From an uncultured Verrucomicrobiae bacterium (GTDB taxonomy: Bacteria; Verrucomicrobiota; Verrucomicrobiia; Palsa-1439), in contig CAWEWF010000005.1 in the NCBI GenBank assembly GCA_963812605.1, positions 32,001 to 96,000 of the forward strand: a stretch of DNA of 64,000 nucleotides, given 5' to 3'. The notes beneath the pieces were generated by a model, which was given only the letters and a program-made list of their open reading frames with translations, had not been told where the DNA came from and ran no database searches. Below, piece after piece: positions 29,235 through 40,016 of this stretch. The translations under genes and the position numbers were made by a program. Positions within the stretch are counted from its first letter, which is position 1. Every line of letters starts with the position of its first letter.

Positions 29235-30674
29235 ATGGAACCCCAAGGTGAACTGACCAAGCCGCGCTTGGAGAAACGACAAAAGCTGTTGGAGATGGGG
29301 ATCGACCCGTATGGCGGGCGATTCGAAGTCAGCGAGTCGATTGACTCCGCGCGCACGAAGGCCGCGCCGGACCGTGAGGTGCGGTTGGCCGGCCGCGTGT
29401 TGAGCCACCGCGACATGGGCAAGAGCCTGTTCGCGGACATCAAGGACTCCACCGCGAAGATCCAGATTTACGTCCAGAAGCAGGCCCTGGGTGAAGAACA
29501 ATTCGATCTCTTCAAACATTTTATCGATCTCGGTGACATCATTGGCGTGAACGGCAAACTGTTTACGACCCATGCCGGGGAGTTGACCGTCAAGGTAGAG
29601 AGCGCGACACTGTTGAGCAAGGCGATCCAGCCGCTGCCGAAGGAGTGGTACGGCATCAAGGACGTTGAAACGCGCTTGCGACAACGTTACCTCGATTTGA
29701 TTCTCAACGAGAAGTCCCGCGAGACGTTCCTGGCGCGCAGCCGCATCGTGGCGGAGATCCGCAAATTTCTCGACGCCCGCGGCTTCATGGAAGTCGAGAC
29801 ACCAATGATGCAACCACTGGCGGGCGGCGCGGCGGCCAAGCCGTTCGAAACGCACCATGAAGCGCTGAATATCGACCTGTTCCTGCGCGTGGCCCCGGAA
29901 CTCTATCTCAAGCGGCTGCTCGTGGGCGGTTTCGAGCGCGTCTATGAGATCAATCGCAATTTTCGCAACGAAGGGATCTCGCGCCGCCACAATCCCGAGT
30001 TCACGATGCTCGAGGTCTATCAGGCGTATGGCGACTTCGAGAGCATGATGGACCTCGCGCAGGGGCTGGTGGTTTCGGTCGCGGAGGCCATCACGGACTC
30101 GTTGCTCCTTCGGCGCAGCGACGGCCAGGAAATCGACCTCACGCCGCCGTGGCGCCGCGTGCCGTACCGCGAGTTGGTCGAAGAGCGGATTGGCAAAGAG
30201 TGGTTCACGCTCACCCCCGAGGATCGCAAGGCGCAGGCGATCACGATGGGAGTGGAAGTTGCGCCCACCGCGCCCGATTACGAAGTGACCAACGCGATTT
30301 TCGAAAAGATCATCGAGCCGTCGTTGATGAACCCGACATTCGTGACGCACCTGCCCGCGGAGTTGGTTGTGCTGGCGAAACCCAACCGGCAGGACCCGAG
30401 CGTGGTGGATGTTTTCGAGTTGATTATCAACGGCCAGGAGATTGCGCCGGCCTACTCCGAACTGAACGATCCTGTCGTGCAGCGCGAGCGATTGCTGGCG
30501 CAGGCGGAAGGGCACGCCGAGAAACTCGACGAGGATTTTCTTTTGGCGCTGGAGCACGGGATGCCGCCTGCCGGCGGGATGGGCATGGGAATCGATCGTC
30601 TGGTTATGATGCTCACGGGCGCGGAAAGCATCCGCGACGTGATCCTGTTCCCGCTGATGCGACCGCAAACATGA
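29235..30674 (+). CDS. lysS: Lysine-tRNA ligase (class II)
   Basis: RQRYLDL, GGAAAKPF, FRNEG...HNPEF, GMPPAGGMGMGIDRL, IRDVILFP. Confidence 0.97.
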   Translation: MEPQGELTKPRLEKRQKLLEMGIDPYGGRFEVSESIDSARTKAAPDREVRLAGRVLSHRDMGKSLFADIKDSTAKIQIYVQKQALGEEQFDLFKHFIDLGDIIGVNGKLFTTHAGELTVKVESATLLSKAIQPLPKEWYGIKDVETRLRQRYLDLILNEKSRETFLARSRIVAEIRKFLDARGFMEVETPMMQPLAGGAAAKPFETHHEALNIDLFLRVAPELYLKRLLVGGFERVYEINRNFRNEGISRRHNPEFTMLEVYQAYGDFESMMDLAQGLVVSVAEAITDSLLLRRSDGQEIDLTPPWRRVPYRELVEERIGKEWFTLTPEDRKAQAITMGVEVAPTAPDYEVTNAIFEKIIEPSLMNPTFVTHLPAELVVLAKPNRQDPSVVDVFELIINGQEIAPAYSELNDPVVQRERLLAQAEGHAEKLDEDFLLALEHGMPPAGGMGMGIDRLVMMLTGAESIRDVILFPLMRPQT

Positions 30675-30684
30675 TGCAAGCCGC

Positions 30685-30754
30685 TGTCATTCTGAGCGAA
30701 GCGAAGAATCTGGCTCGCTGCACGGCAAGACCCTTCGCTTCACTCAGGGTGACA
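30685..30754. repeat. TGTCATTCTGAGCGAAGCGAAG-type palindromic REP element
   Basis: 22-nt inverted arms TGTCATTCTGAGCGAAGCGAAG / CTTCGCTTCACTCAGGGTGACA; relatives at 59069-59093 and 9490-9510. Confidence 0.85.
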
Positions 30755-30780
30755 CCCCGCAAAAATGACGGTGCTCGCCC

Positions 30781-32016
30781 ATGACCCGTCTCCCTTTCGA
30801 GCTTTTCCTCGGTCTTCGCTATCTCAAGCCCAAGCGCACGTTCGTTTCCGTGATCACGCTTATCTCCCTGTCGGGGGTGGCGATTGGCGTCTGGGTGCTT
30901 ATCGTTGTCATCGCTGTGATGAGCGGTTTTGACCGCGAACTGCGCGAGAAGCTCATGGGCATGCATGCGCACGTGACAGTGACCTCCGGCGGTTTGATCG
31001 AGCACAGCGACAAATTGCTCCAAACCGTTCTGGAAACGCCGCATGTGAAAGCCGCGTCGCCGTTTGCGATGGGGCTGGTATTGGTCGAATTCGAACACCG
31101 GGTGGCGACTCCCTACCTCAAGGGCATCGATCCGGAACGCGAAGTGACGGTCAGCCAGCTAACCAACTATATGAAGGAAGGCAGCCTTGACCTGAAAGGC
31201 GACAAAGTGGTCATCGGTCGCGAGTTGGCTTCGCAGTACGGTATTTTTCTGGGCGACAAAATCACCGTCTACTCACCGCGCAATCTCGAGAAAAAAGGCG
31301 ACGAAGTTTATTTGCCGATGGAACTGACGGTCACCGGCATCTTCGAGTCGGGAATGTATGAGTACGATATCGGCTTGATCTTCACATCACTCGAAACCGC
31401 GCAGGAACTTTACAGTTTGGGCCACGCCATCCACGGGATCGAGATTCGCACGGACGACCCGATCAACGGCGCCCGCGACGTTGCCGATGCGCTGAATGAA
31501 AAGCTCGCCCGGCCCCTCCGGGCGCAGACCTGGGCGGAACTGAACCAGCGGTTGTTGGGCGCGATCCAGGTCGAAAAGTCGGTGATGTTTTTTATCCTGA
31601 CGTTCATCATCATCGTCGCGGCCTTCGGCATCATGAGCACGCTGATCACGGTCACCGTGCAGAAAACGCGTGAGATCGGCGTCATGAAGGCGCTCGGCGC
31701 GGCTTCGGGAAAAATCCTCCGCATCTTTGTGCTTCAGGGTTTCATCGTCGGCGTGTTCGGCGTGACCGTCGGCATCGGGCTGGGCTTGCTCACCGTCCAG
31801 AACATCAATCCGATCAATCACTGCCTCTCCCACGTTGTCGGCATCGATTTGTTTCCACGCGACATTTACAATTTCCCGAGCATCCCCGCGTATCTCACGC
31901 CGCGCGATCTCCTGACGATTGGCATCTCTGCGTTGGTGATCTGCACGCTCGCCGGCCTGTTGCCCGCGCTGCGCGCCGCCCGCCTCGAACCCGTGGAAGC
32001 CCTGCGTTATGAGTGA
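30781..32016 (+). CDS. Lipoprotein-releasing ABC transporter permease (LolC/E family)
   Basis: LIVVIAVMSGF, TREIGVMKALGA, PALRAARLEPVEALRYE. Confidence 0.93.
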   Translation: MTRLPFELFLGLRYLKPKRTFVSVITLISLSGVAIGVWVLIVVIAVMSGFDRELREKLMGMHAHVTVTSGGLIEHSDKLLQTVLETPHVKAASPFAMGLVLVEFEHRVATPYLKGIDPEREVTVSQLTNYMKEGSLDLKGDKVVIGRELASQYGIFLGDKITVYSPRNLEKKGDEVYLPMELTVTGIFESGMYEYDIGLIFTSLETAQELYSLGHAIHGIEIRTDDPINGARDVADALNEKLARPLRAQTWAELNQRLLGAIQVEKSVMFFILTFIIIVAAFGIMSTLITVTVQKTREIGVMKALGAASGKILRIFVLQGFIVGVFGVTVGIGLGLLTVQNINPINHCLSHVVGIDLFPRDIYNFPSIPAYLTPRDLLTIGISALVICTLAGLLPALRAARLEPVEALRYE

Positions 32017-32695
32017 GGTCGGCGCCGACATTTTGGTTGCGAGCGGACTTCGCAAAAACTACACTCTCGGCTCGCAGGAAGTTGAGGTGTTACGAGGGAT
32101 CGATGTGCGCGTGCGCCGCGGCGAAGCGCTGGTGATTGTGGGCGCTTCCGGGGCGGGGAAAAGCACGCTGCTGCATTTGCTGGGCGGATTGGATGCGCCA
32201 TCCGCAGGCGACGTGAGCCTGGATGGCGCTTCGCTTTTTGGGATGTCAAGCGCGGCGCGGACCCGGCTGCGCAACGAGCGGCTGGGGTTCGTTTTCCAGT
32301 CGTACAACCTCCTGCCCGAGCTGGATGCACTGGAGAATGTCTGCCTGCCGGCGTTACTGCAGTCACGATCACGCGACGGCGTGGAGGAGCGAGGGACCGA
32401 ATTGCTGAAAGCCGTGGGGCTCGAGAAGCGTTTGGAACACCGGCCCGCGGAATTGAGTGGTGGGGAGCAGCAACGCGTGGCGATTGCAAGGGCCCTGATG
32501 AATCGGCCCAGCCTGGTGCTGGCGGATGAGCCAACGGGCAATCTTGATTCGAAAACGGGCGAGTCGATCCTCGATTTGCTCTGGCGGTTACGGGAGGATT
32601 CGCGCACGACGCTGGTGATGGTAACCCACGACCAGCACATCGCGACGCGCGGAGAACGGGTGTTGGAGATTGCGGACGGGAGAATTTTGGGGTAA
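32009..32695 (+). CDS. lolD: Lipoprotein-releasing ABC transporter ATPase
   Basis: GASGAGKST, LSGGEQQRVAIARAL, ADEPTGNLD; follows lolC/E. Confidence 0.88.
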   Translation: MSEVGADILVASGLRKNYTLGSQEVEVLRGIDVRVRRGEALVIVGASGAGKSTLLHLLGGLDAPSAGDVSLDGASLFGMSSAARTRLRNERLGFVFQSYNLLPELDALENVCLPALLQSRSRDGVEERGTELLKAVGLEKRLEHRPAELSGGEQQRVAIARALMNRPSLVLADEPTGNLDSKTGESILDLLWRLREDSRTTLVMVTHDQHIATRGERVLEIADGRILG

Positions 32696-32720
32696 ATAGA
32701 GGCACCGTGAGGGCAAGACT

Positions 32721-33593
32721 GTGAAGATTTATTTGGATGGCAAATACGTTCCGTCAGACGAGGCGAAGGTTTCGGTCTTCGACCACGGACTATTGTATGG
32801 CGACGGTGTTTTCGAGGGCATCCGTCTCTACAGTGGGCGCATTTTCCGTCTCGACCAGCATTTGGATCGGCTCTTCAATTCGGCGAAGGCGATCATGCTG
32901 CCGATTCCGCTGACAAGGAAGCAGCTCGTCGAGGCCTGCTGCGGGACGTGCCGGCAGAACAAGTTGAAGGACGGCTACATTCGGCTCGTCGTGACGCGCG
33001 GCGTCGGCTACCTCGGATTGAACCCGTTCCGCTGCAAGAACCCGACGGTATTCATCATCGCAGACCGGATTGAGTTGTATCCCGAGAAAGTTTACCGCAA
33101 AGGATTGAAGCTAATTACCGCGAGCACGCAGCGGACGAATCCGGCGGCCATGAGTCCGTCGGTCAAGTCGCTGAACTACCTGAACAATATCCTGGCGAAA
33201 ATCGAAGCGGTGAACGCCGGCACGCTCGAGGCGATCATGCTCAACGCGCAGGGACATGTCGCCGAATGCACCGGCGACAACATTTTTATTGTCCGTAACG
33301 GCAAACTCGAAACGCCGCCCGTCAGCGCGGGCGCGCTCATTGGCATCACGCGGCAGGTCGTCATCGAACTGGCGGCGAAACGCAAAATTGGAGTCAGCGA
33401 GCCGAACCTGACGCGTTACGATTTGTCGACTGCGGACGAGGTATTTCTCACGGGCACGGCGGCGGAGATTGTTCCTGTCTCCAGTATCGATGGGCGGATC
33501 ATCGGTTCGGGCCCGGGCCGGCTGACCTTGAAATTGATGGAAGATTTCCGTAAATTGACACGTTCCGAAGGAACGCCGATCGGAGCACGGTAA
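32721..33593 (+). CDS. ilvE: Branched-chain amino acid aminotransferase
   Basis: HGLLYGDGVFEG, KSLNYLNN, ECTGDNIF, LIGITR, LTGTAAE. Confidence 0.93.
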   Translation: MKIYLDGKYVPSDEAKVSVFDHGLLYGDGVFEGIRLYSGRIFRLDQHLDRLFNSAKAIMLPIPLTRKQLVEACCGTCRQNKLKDGYIRLVVTRGVGYLGLNPFRCKNPTVFIIADRIELYPEKVYRKGLKLITASTQRTNPAAMSPSVKSLNYLNNILAKIEAVNAGTLEAIMLNAQGHVAECTGDNIFIVRNGKLETPPVSAGALIGITRQVVIELAAKRKIGVSEPNLTRYDLSTADEVFLTGTAAEIVPVSSIDGRIIGSGPGRLTLKLMEDFRKLTRSEGTPIGAR

Positions 33594-33597
33594 CACA

Positions 33598-34107
33598 ATG
33601 GTCTGCGACATTTGCAAAAAAGCCGATGCGACGGTGTACCTGGCCAAAATCGTGGAAGGGAAACTGTTGAAGGCAAATCTCTGCGAGTCCTGCGCCAAGG
33701 AAAAAGGCGTGGAGGCGGCCGCGGGCTTTGAGGAAGATTTGCTGGTCGGACTCGGCGCGGAAATCAAGGTCGAATCGCCGGGCGCGCAATGTTCCGTTTG
33801 TGGTTTCACCCAGGCGGACTTCAAGAAAACCGGGCGGCTGGGTTGCAGCGCCTGTTGGGAAACTTTCGAGGTCGGGCTGGCCTCGCTTTTAAAGGCGATG
33901 CACAAAGGGGACCATCACATCGGCAAAGTGCCGACGAAGGCGATGCACACGCTGGTGTTGAGCGGGAAGATCCGGGAGCTCTCGGAACAGTTGGACAAGG
34001 CGGTCAGCGAGGAAAAGTATGAGGACGCGGCGCAGGTTCGCGACGAGATCCGCGAACTGGAAGCGAAGTTGAAAAAAGCGGGGAGCGCTGTACGCTCTCC
34101 GGAGTAA
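33598..34107 (+). CDS. mcsA: McsA arginine-kinase activator
   Basis: Four CxxC motifs plus C-terminal UVR domain (EKYEDAAQVRDEI). Confidence 0.92.
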   Translation: MVCDICKKADATVYLAKIVEGKLLKANLCESCAKEKGVEAAAGFEEDLLVGLGAEIKVESPGAQCSVCGFTQADFKKTGRLGCSACWETFEVGLASLLKAMHKGDHHIGKVPTKAMHTLVLSGKIRELSEQLDKAVSEEKYEDAAQVRDEIRELEAKLKKAGSAVRSPE

Positions 34108-34110
34108 TCC

Positions 34111-35220
34111 ATGAAAATCGATGATTTGCTGAAAAGCCCGGGCGAATGGGTCAAGGCCGACGGACCCAACAGCAAGATCGTCATGTCGTCCCGGGTCCGC
34201 TTTGCGCGCAACATTCGCGATTTTCCGTTTCCGGGCTGGGCCAAAAAAGCCGAGCGCCAGAAACTGCTCGAGATGATCCAGCCGGTGGTCGAGGAGTTGC
34301 CCGAGATGGCGGATCACTTCGGCGACTCGATGGACAACATCAGCGCCATTCACAAGCAGGTGCTGGTGGAACGGCACCTGATCAGCCGCGAGCACGCCGC
34401 GAAAAACGTCGGCAGCGGGGTGGTCATTAATGACCGCGAGACGATCAGCGTGATGATCAATGAGGAAGATCACCTGCGCATGCAGACGATCAAGTCGGGC
34501 CTGCAACTCAAGAATATTTTCAAGATTATCGACAAGGTGGACACGGAACTGGAGGAACACCTCGAATTTGCGTTCTCGCCGAAGCTGGGTTATCTGACAG
34601 CGTGCCCAACAAACGTGGGCACGGCGATGCGCGGTTCGGCCATGGTGCACCTGCCGGGGATGGTGTTGAGCGACCAGATTAACCAGGTAGTGCAGGCGGT
34701 GAACAAGCTCGGCCTGGCGGTGCGGGGTTTGTATGGGGAAGGGACGGAAGCACTTGGGAATGTCTTCCAGGTTTCGAACCAGACAACTTTGGGCGAAAAA
34801 GAGTCGGAAGTGATCGAACGCCTTAACAAGGTAATCTTGCAGATCATTGAACACGAGGAGAATGCGCGCATCACCCTCCTTGAAAAAAAGCCAAAACTGG
34901 TTTATGATCAAATCGGTCGAGCGTATGGCATTCTAAGCAATGCACATACAATCAGTTCCAAAGAGGCACTCAATCTGCTTAGTTTGGTACGTATGGGGGT
35001 AGATTTAGAGATATTTCCGGCGACAGCGCGGGTCACGGTGGATGAAATGTTCATCCTCTCGCAGCCCGCGCACGTACAAAAGGCCGCCGCTCGAAAATTG
35101 ACTGCCGAGGAACGCGACATTTCGCGGGCGGAATTGATCCGCACGCAGTTGGCGGGTATTTCAAAACCGAATCTGAGCGACCGGCCGCCTCTGGAGAGCG
35201 GTCGCGTCGAACCAGAATGA
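34111..35220 (+). CDS. mcsB: Protein arginine kinase
   Basis: SSRVRFARN, MINEEDHLR, GYLTACPTNVGT, VRGLYGEG. Confidence 0.95.
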   Translation: MKIDDLLKSPGEWVKADGPNSKIVMSSRVRFARNIRDFPFPGWAKKAERQKLLEMIQPVVEELPEMADHFGDSMDNISAIHKQVLVERHLISREHAAKNVGSGVVINDRETISVMINEEDHLRMQTIKSGLQLKNIFKIIDKVDTELEEHLEFAFSPKLGYLTACPTNVGTAMRGSAMVHLPGMVLSDQINQVVQAVNKLGLAVRGLYGEGTEALGNVFQVSNQTTLGEKESEVIERLNKVILQIIEHEENARITLLEKKPKLVYDQIGRAYGILSNAHTISSKEALNLLSLVRMGVDLEIFPATARVTVDEMFILSQPAHVQKAAARKLTAEERDISRAELIRTQLAGISKPNLSDRPPLESGRVEPE

Positions 35221-35230
35221 GAGGAGGGTG

Positions 35231-37693
35231 ATGGAAATGAACAATTTTACGCCGCGGGCGCAACAGGTGCTCGCGTTGGCCCGCAAGGAAGCGGACCGGT
35301 TTAACCACAACTATGTGGGCACGGAGCATCTGCTGCTCGGTCTGATCAAGCTCGGCCAGGGCGTCGCGGTCAATGTTCTCCAGAAGATGGGCCTGGATCT
35401 CGAGACCGTCCGCATGGAAGTGGAGAAACAAATCGGCACCGGCCCCGAGACCAAGATGGTCGGCAACATTCCCTACACCCCTCGCGTAAAGAAAGTCCTC
35501 GCGCTGGCGCAGAAGGAAGCCAAGCAGCTCAATCACAATTACGTCGGCACCGAACACATCCTGCTCGGCCTGCTGCGCGAAGGCGAGGGCGCGGCCGCGC
35601 GCATCCTGAAATCGCTCGACGTTGATATCGAGCGGTGCCGCAATGAGATTCTCAAGGAACTCGATCCCAATTTCACCCCCAGCGAAGGCGGCGTCGAAGA
35701 AGGCGAAGCCAGCGGCAGCAAGAAGGAAATGAAGACGCCCGCGTTGCGCATGTTCGGACGGGACCTGACCGAATTGGCCCGCAAAGGCGAACTCGATCCC
35801 GTCGTGGGCCGCCAGAATGAAATCGAGCGGGTCATCCAGATCCTTTGCCGTCGCACGAAGAACAACCCGGTGTTGCTTGGCGAAGCGGGCGTGGGAAAGA
35901 CGGCCATCGTCGAGGGCCTGGCCCAGGAAGTTGCCAAGGGCAATGTCCCCGAGATTTTGCGCGATAAGCGGGTCGTCACCCTCGACCTGGCGTTGATGGT
36001 GGCGGGCACGAAGTACCGCGGCCAGTTCGAGGAGCGCATCAAGGCCGTCATGGACGAGATCAAGCGCTCGAAGAACGTCATCCTCTTTGTCGATGAGTTG
36101 CACACCATCGTTGGCGCCGGTTCGGCCGAGGGCGCGATGGACGCCAGCAACATCATCAAGCCCGCGCTCTCACGCGGAGAGTTGCAGGTGGTCGGCGCGA
36201 CCACGATGAACGAATATCGCAAGTACATCGAGAAGGACGCCGCGCTGGAGCGCCGTTTCCAAACGGTCATCGTCGAGCCGCCAACAGTCGACCAGACCGT
36301 CGAGATCCTGAAGGGTCTGCGCCCGAAGTACGAGGAACATCACCACGCCAAGTTCTCGGACGAAGCGCTGCTGGCGGCCTCGCGGCTTTCCGACCGCTAC
36401 ATCACCGGCCGATTTCTTCCGGACAAGGCAATTGATGTGGTGGACGAAGCGGGCGCCCGCGCCCGCATTCAATCGATGACGCGCCCGCCGAACATCCAGG
36501 ATTCGGAACGCGACATCGAAAAGATCAAGGAAGAGAAAGAGGCGGCGATCAAGGCCCAGGACTTCGAATTGGCGGCGAGCCTCCGTGACAAGGAAAAACA
36601 CGCGCGCGAGGGTTTGGAACAGACGCTGGCGGAATGGCGCCAGACGCGCGATGAAAAACAGATTGTCATTACCGAAGACGACATCATGCAGATTGTCGCC
36701 AAATGGACCGGCATCCCCCTGAGCCGCATGGAACAGAAGGACGCCGAGAAGTTGCTCCAAATGGAAGGGGAACTGCGCAAGACGGTGATCGGCCAGGACG
36801 AGGCGGTGATCGCGATCAGCAAAGCGCTGCGTCGCAGCCGCGCCGACCTCAAGGACCCGAACCGTCCCATCGGCTCCTTCGTATTCCTCGGGCCGACGGG
36901 CGTGGGCAAAACGTTGATGGCCCGCGCGCTGGCGGAATTCATGTTCGGCGACCAGGATGCGCTCATCCAGCTCGACATGAGCGAGTACATGGAGAAATTC
37001 AATGTCTCGCGGCTCGTGGGTTCGCCACCGGGCTATGTCGGCTACGAAGAGGGCGGTCAATTGACGGAACGCGTGCGTCGCCGTCCGTACTCGGTCGTGC
37101 TGTTCGACGAAATCGAGAAGGCGCATCCCGACGTCATGAATATGCTCTTGCAGATCCTGGAGGATGGTCACTTGACCGACTCGCTCGGCCGCAAGGTGGA
37201 CTTCCGCAATTGCGCCGTCATTATGACATCGAACATTGGCGCCGAGACAATTCGCAAGGCGGGTGAACTGGGTTTTGCTCCGGCCAAGGAAGAACACGTC
37301 TACGGCGATATGAAGGGCAAGCTCCTGGAGGAAGCCAAGCGCGCGTTCAAGCCCGAGTTCATGAACCGCCTCGACGATGTCATCGTCTTCCACACGCTGA
37401 CCAAGGCCGACATGGGCCAGATCGTCCATCTCGAAGTCGAGAAGGTCAAGAGCCGCCTCAAGTACAAGGACGTGGAGATCAGCCTCACGCCGGCGGCGAC
37501 GGACTTCCTGATCGAGAAGGGTTACGATCCGCAGTTTGGCGCGCGGCCCTTGCGTCGCGCCGTGGAAAAATACCTGCAGGACCCGCTGGCCGAGGAAATC
37601 CTGCGTGGCAGCATCAAGCCGAGCGAGACAATCGAAATTACGGTGGGTGACGGGAAACTGGACTTCAACCAGCTTGCCGCGAGCGCCAGCTAA
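35231..37693 (+). CDS. clpC: Clp protease ATP-binding subunit ClpC
   Basis: Two Clp-N repeats, [11 protein letters not shown] middle domain, [11 protein letters not shown] loop; GAGGAG SD. Confidence 0.96.
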   Translation: MEMNNFTPRAQQVLALARKEADRFNHNYVGTEHLLLGLIKLGQGVAVNVLQKMGLDLETVRMEVEKQIGTGPETKMVGNIPYTPRVKKVLALAQKEAKQLNHNYVGTEHILLGLLREGEGAAARILKSLDVDIERCRNEILKELDPNFTPSEGGVEEGEASGSKKEMKTPALRMFGRDLTELARKGELDPVVGRQNEIERVIQILCRRTKNNPVLLGEAGVGKTAIVEGLAQEVAKGNVPEILRDKRVVTLDLALMVAGTKYRGQFEERIKAVMDEIKRSKNVILFVDELHTIVGAGSAEGAMDASNIIKPALSRGELQVVGATTMNEYRKYIEKDAALERRFQTVIVEPPTVDQTVEILKGLRPKYEEHHHAKFSDEALLAASRLSDRYITGRFLPDKAIDVVDEAGARARIQSMTRPPNIQDSERDIEKIKEEKEAAIKAQDFELAASLRDKEKHAREGLEQTLAEWRQTRDEKQIVITEDDIMQIVAKWTGIPLSRMEQKDAEKLLQMEGELRKTVIGQDEAVIAISKALRRSRADLKDPNRPIGSFVFLGPTGVGKTLMARALAEFMFGDQDALIQLDMSEYMEKFNVSRLVGSPPGYVGYEEGGQLTERVRRRPYSVVLFDEIEKAHPDVMNMLLQILEDGHLTDSLGRKVDFRNCAVIMTSNIGAETIRKAGELGFAPAKEEHVYGDMKGKLLEEAKRAFKPEFMNRLDDVIVFHTLTKADMGQIVHLEVEKVKSRLKYKDVEISLTPAATDFLIEKGYDPQFGARPLRRAVEKYLQDPLAEEILRGSIKPSETIEITVGDGKLDFNQLAASAS

Positions 37694-37703
37694 CTGTCGG
37701 CGA

Positions 37704-37740
37704 CCGAGTCGTGAACGCGGCTTGGGTTGTTGTTTCGTTG
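37704..37740 (+). terminator. Probable clpC terminator (also repeat copy 2)
   Basis: CCGAGTCG/CGGCTTGG stem followed by a T-rich tail. Confidence 0.5.
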
Positions 37741-37778
37741 CCGTTTTGTCCTCACGGCTGCGCTCTGCAAACACTGGT

Positions 37779-40016
37779 TCACGGACCGACTGTTTGCAAG
37801 GAATTGAAGTAGACGTTATTACCCGAGCCGGCTCCGGCGTTGTTGTTGAACAAGGCGATGCTGTCCACCGTGCTGCCCAACGTGCCGGCCAGCGTGCCGC
37901 TGAGCGTGCTGTTGGTTGCGCCGCTCGCGTTATCGATCGTCACCAGGGTATAGGTGTTGGTGTTGTTCAGCGTGAACACCAGGTGCAAGCCCGTGCTCGT
38001 AAACGGTACGCCGAGGTTGTGCTGGCCGCCCGAGTCCACCACCTTGTAGCTGTTGCTGGAATCATTCCCGATATACAGAAACTGCAAGCGGGCACCCGTG
38101 GTATAGTTGGTCGGGCTGCTGGTGAAGTTGCCGTTGCGCAGGACAAAGCCCACTGTTCCACTCGCATTAACGTAGCCGTTGTCCATGTCAACCCCCAGTA
38201 TCCCGCCAGCCGCTAGCGAGTTGCTGAACGCCCGATACGCCACCGCGAGATTGGCGCTGTTAGCATACAGGCCCCACGAGGTGCCACCGATGTCGATATC
38301 ATTCGTCCCGTTCCCGTTATTCGTGGAACTGCCGATGAAGAAACCGTCATTGTTAAGGTTGGTACTGGTCTTCGTCAACGTCCACGAGCCGAAGCCCCTA
38401 CCGGCAGTGCTACCACTGACCCAGGCGTTGCTGTACACGCGGGCGATGGTGCTGTCAAAGGACACGTAGGGCACGGAGGGTCCCGGCTTCACGGACATGA
38501 CGACCCGATAGAACTGCTGGGCCACGTCCGGGCTGTTGGTTATATCGAATTCCATGATGCCGCCGGTGCCGATGAGACTCCCCGGAAGAGTCGACCATGT
38601 GTTCGTGCGAAGATCACCTGTGCTCTGCAAACTGATCGTGGCGTTACCAATGGAAGAGAACCGCAAGCGGAAGGAGTTGAGCAGACAATGGATATCACAG
38701 ATAGGGGTAAAAGAGTAGGTGGGTTGCTGTGATAGAGCTTGCAACTCGAACGCGCCAATATCGCTGCGGTCTCCCAGGCAGGGAGGCGTTTGGTTGAGCA
38801 AGTTGACCGGTCGCGGGAGGCCGCGCTGGTCCGTGGAGCAGTTGAAGCTGTAGCCTGCGTCAATGGCAGGGCTGCTATTTGAAAGCGCCATTGTAAAGGT
38901 TGGCCCGCCATAGTCACCGAGTGGGAGGAGGCCCGGATTCACCGGAAGTCCGGTAGAAGGGGTCGGGCCGACGATGTCGCAGGGTCCCGTCCATCCGTCG
39001 CTGCCGCTCCATTGGCCGATGAGGTTGTAACCTTGACTGCTAACGTCACCATCGACGTCCGGGCCCGGGCCCGGGCCAAAATCTGGCGGGCCAGTAATTG
39101 AAGTGTTGCCTGCGATGATGGAGTTTTGGACAGTTACTGAACCGCCCGCATAAAGACCGCCGCCGCCGCCACCGCCGAATTCGCCGCCGGCGTGATTTCC
39201 GCTGATGGTGCAGGCGGTCACCGTCAAATTACCGGTGTTGTTGATTGCTCCACCGGTATTGGCGCTGTTGTCACTGAATGTGCTCAAGGTCACCACCGTC
39301 AAACTATCACCGTAGATTGCTCCACCAGCACCATAATTCCCTGCGATGTTGCCACTGAACGTGCAGGCGGTCACCGTCAAATTACCGGCGTTGTAGATTG
39401 CTCCACCATTTTGAGACATCCCTGAACTGTTGCCACTGAACGTGCAGGCGGTCACCGTCAAATTACCGGCGTTGTAGATTGCTCCACCGTGAACGGCGCC
39501 GTTGCCACTGAACGTGCTCAAGGTCACCGTCAAATTACCACCGTTGTAGATTGCTCCACCCTGGGCATAGACCTGGTTGTTAGTGAACGTGCAGGCGGTC
39601 ACCGTCAAAGTACTGTTGAGGTCATTGGAGATCGCTCCACCAGAACCAGCGGAGCCGTTGGCAATTGTCAGGTCGGAGATGGTGACCGTTACTCCGGAAG
39701 CGATATTAAACACTTGGTACTGTTGGGTACCGTCGATTGTTAGTGAACTCGCGCCCGGTCCGGCGATGGTGAGGCTTTTGTTGATTGTGGGCAGTGTGCT
39801 GCCCAGCGTGATGGTGCCCGTGGCACTGATCGTGATCGTATCGCCAGGCGCTGCGTTATTCATGCAGAACCGCAACGAGCCGTTTTGCATGGGAACGCTC
39901 CCGGTGCCGGGATCGGCGGTGTTGTTGACGGTCCAGGTGGCCGCCTTCGCGGTGGTGGCAGCGAAGAACGCCACGTAACAGAACCCAGGCAAAAGTTTCC
40001 GCAGCAGTCTGTTCAT
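37779..40016 (-). CDS. Secreted beta-helix protein: GGAI/FxxN repeats, choice-of-anchor-Q-like domain, extra C-terminal module
   Basis: Signal peptide MNRLLRKLL...AKA; repeated GGAIYNAGNLTVTACTFSGN; GYNLIG...GGPTFT...SPAIDAG...DQRG...DIGAFE; AAGGA SD before 40016. Confidence 0.85.
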   Translation of the reverse strand: MNRLLRKLLPGFCYVAFFAATTAKAATWTVNNTADPGTGSVPMQNGSLRFCMNNAAPGDTITISATGTITLGSTLPTINKSLTIAGPGASSLTIDGTQQYQVFNIASGVTVTISDLTIANGSAGSGGAISNDLNSTLTVTACTFTNNQVYAQGGAIYNGGNLTVTLSTFSGNGAVHGGAIYNAGNLTVTACTFSGNSSGMSQNGGAIYNAGNLTVTACTFSGNIAGNYGAGGAIYGDSLTVVTLSTFSDNSANTGGAINNTGNLTVTACTISGNHAGGEFGGGGGGGLYAGGSVTVQNSIIAGNTSITGPPDFGPGPGPDVDGDVSSQGYNLIGQWSGSDGWTGPCDIVGPTPSTGLPVNPGLLPLGDYGGPTFTMALSNSSPAIDAGYSFNCSTDQRGLPRPVNLLNQTPPCLGDRSDIGAFELQALSQQPTYSFTPICDIHCLLNSFRLRFSSIGNATISLQSTGDLRTNTWSTLPGSLIGTGGIMEFDITNSPDVAQQFYRVVMSVKPGPSVPYVSFDSTIARVYSNAWVSGSTAGRGFGSWTLTKTSTNLNNDGFFIGSSTNNGNGTNDIDIGGTSWGLYANSANLAVAYRAFSNSLAAGGILGVDMDNGYVNASGTVGFVLRNGNFTSSPTNYTTGARLQFLYIGNDSSNSYKVVDSGGQHNLGVPFTSTGLHLVFTLNNTNTYTLVTIDNASGATNSTLSGTLAGTLGSTVDSIALFNNNAGAGSGNNVYFNSLQTVGP

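Noticed and set aside
29133-30668. 511-aa minus-strand ORF (also long antisense ORFs at 6875-8230, 14454-15623, 36170-37774, 40712-42115, 44306-45361)
   Set aside because: Shadow ORFs opposite well-supported genes, expected from GC-rich codon bias; no recognisable motifs
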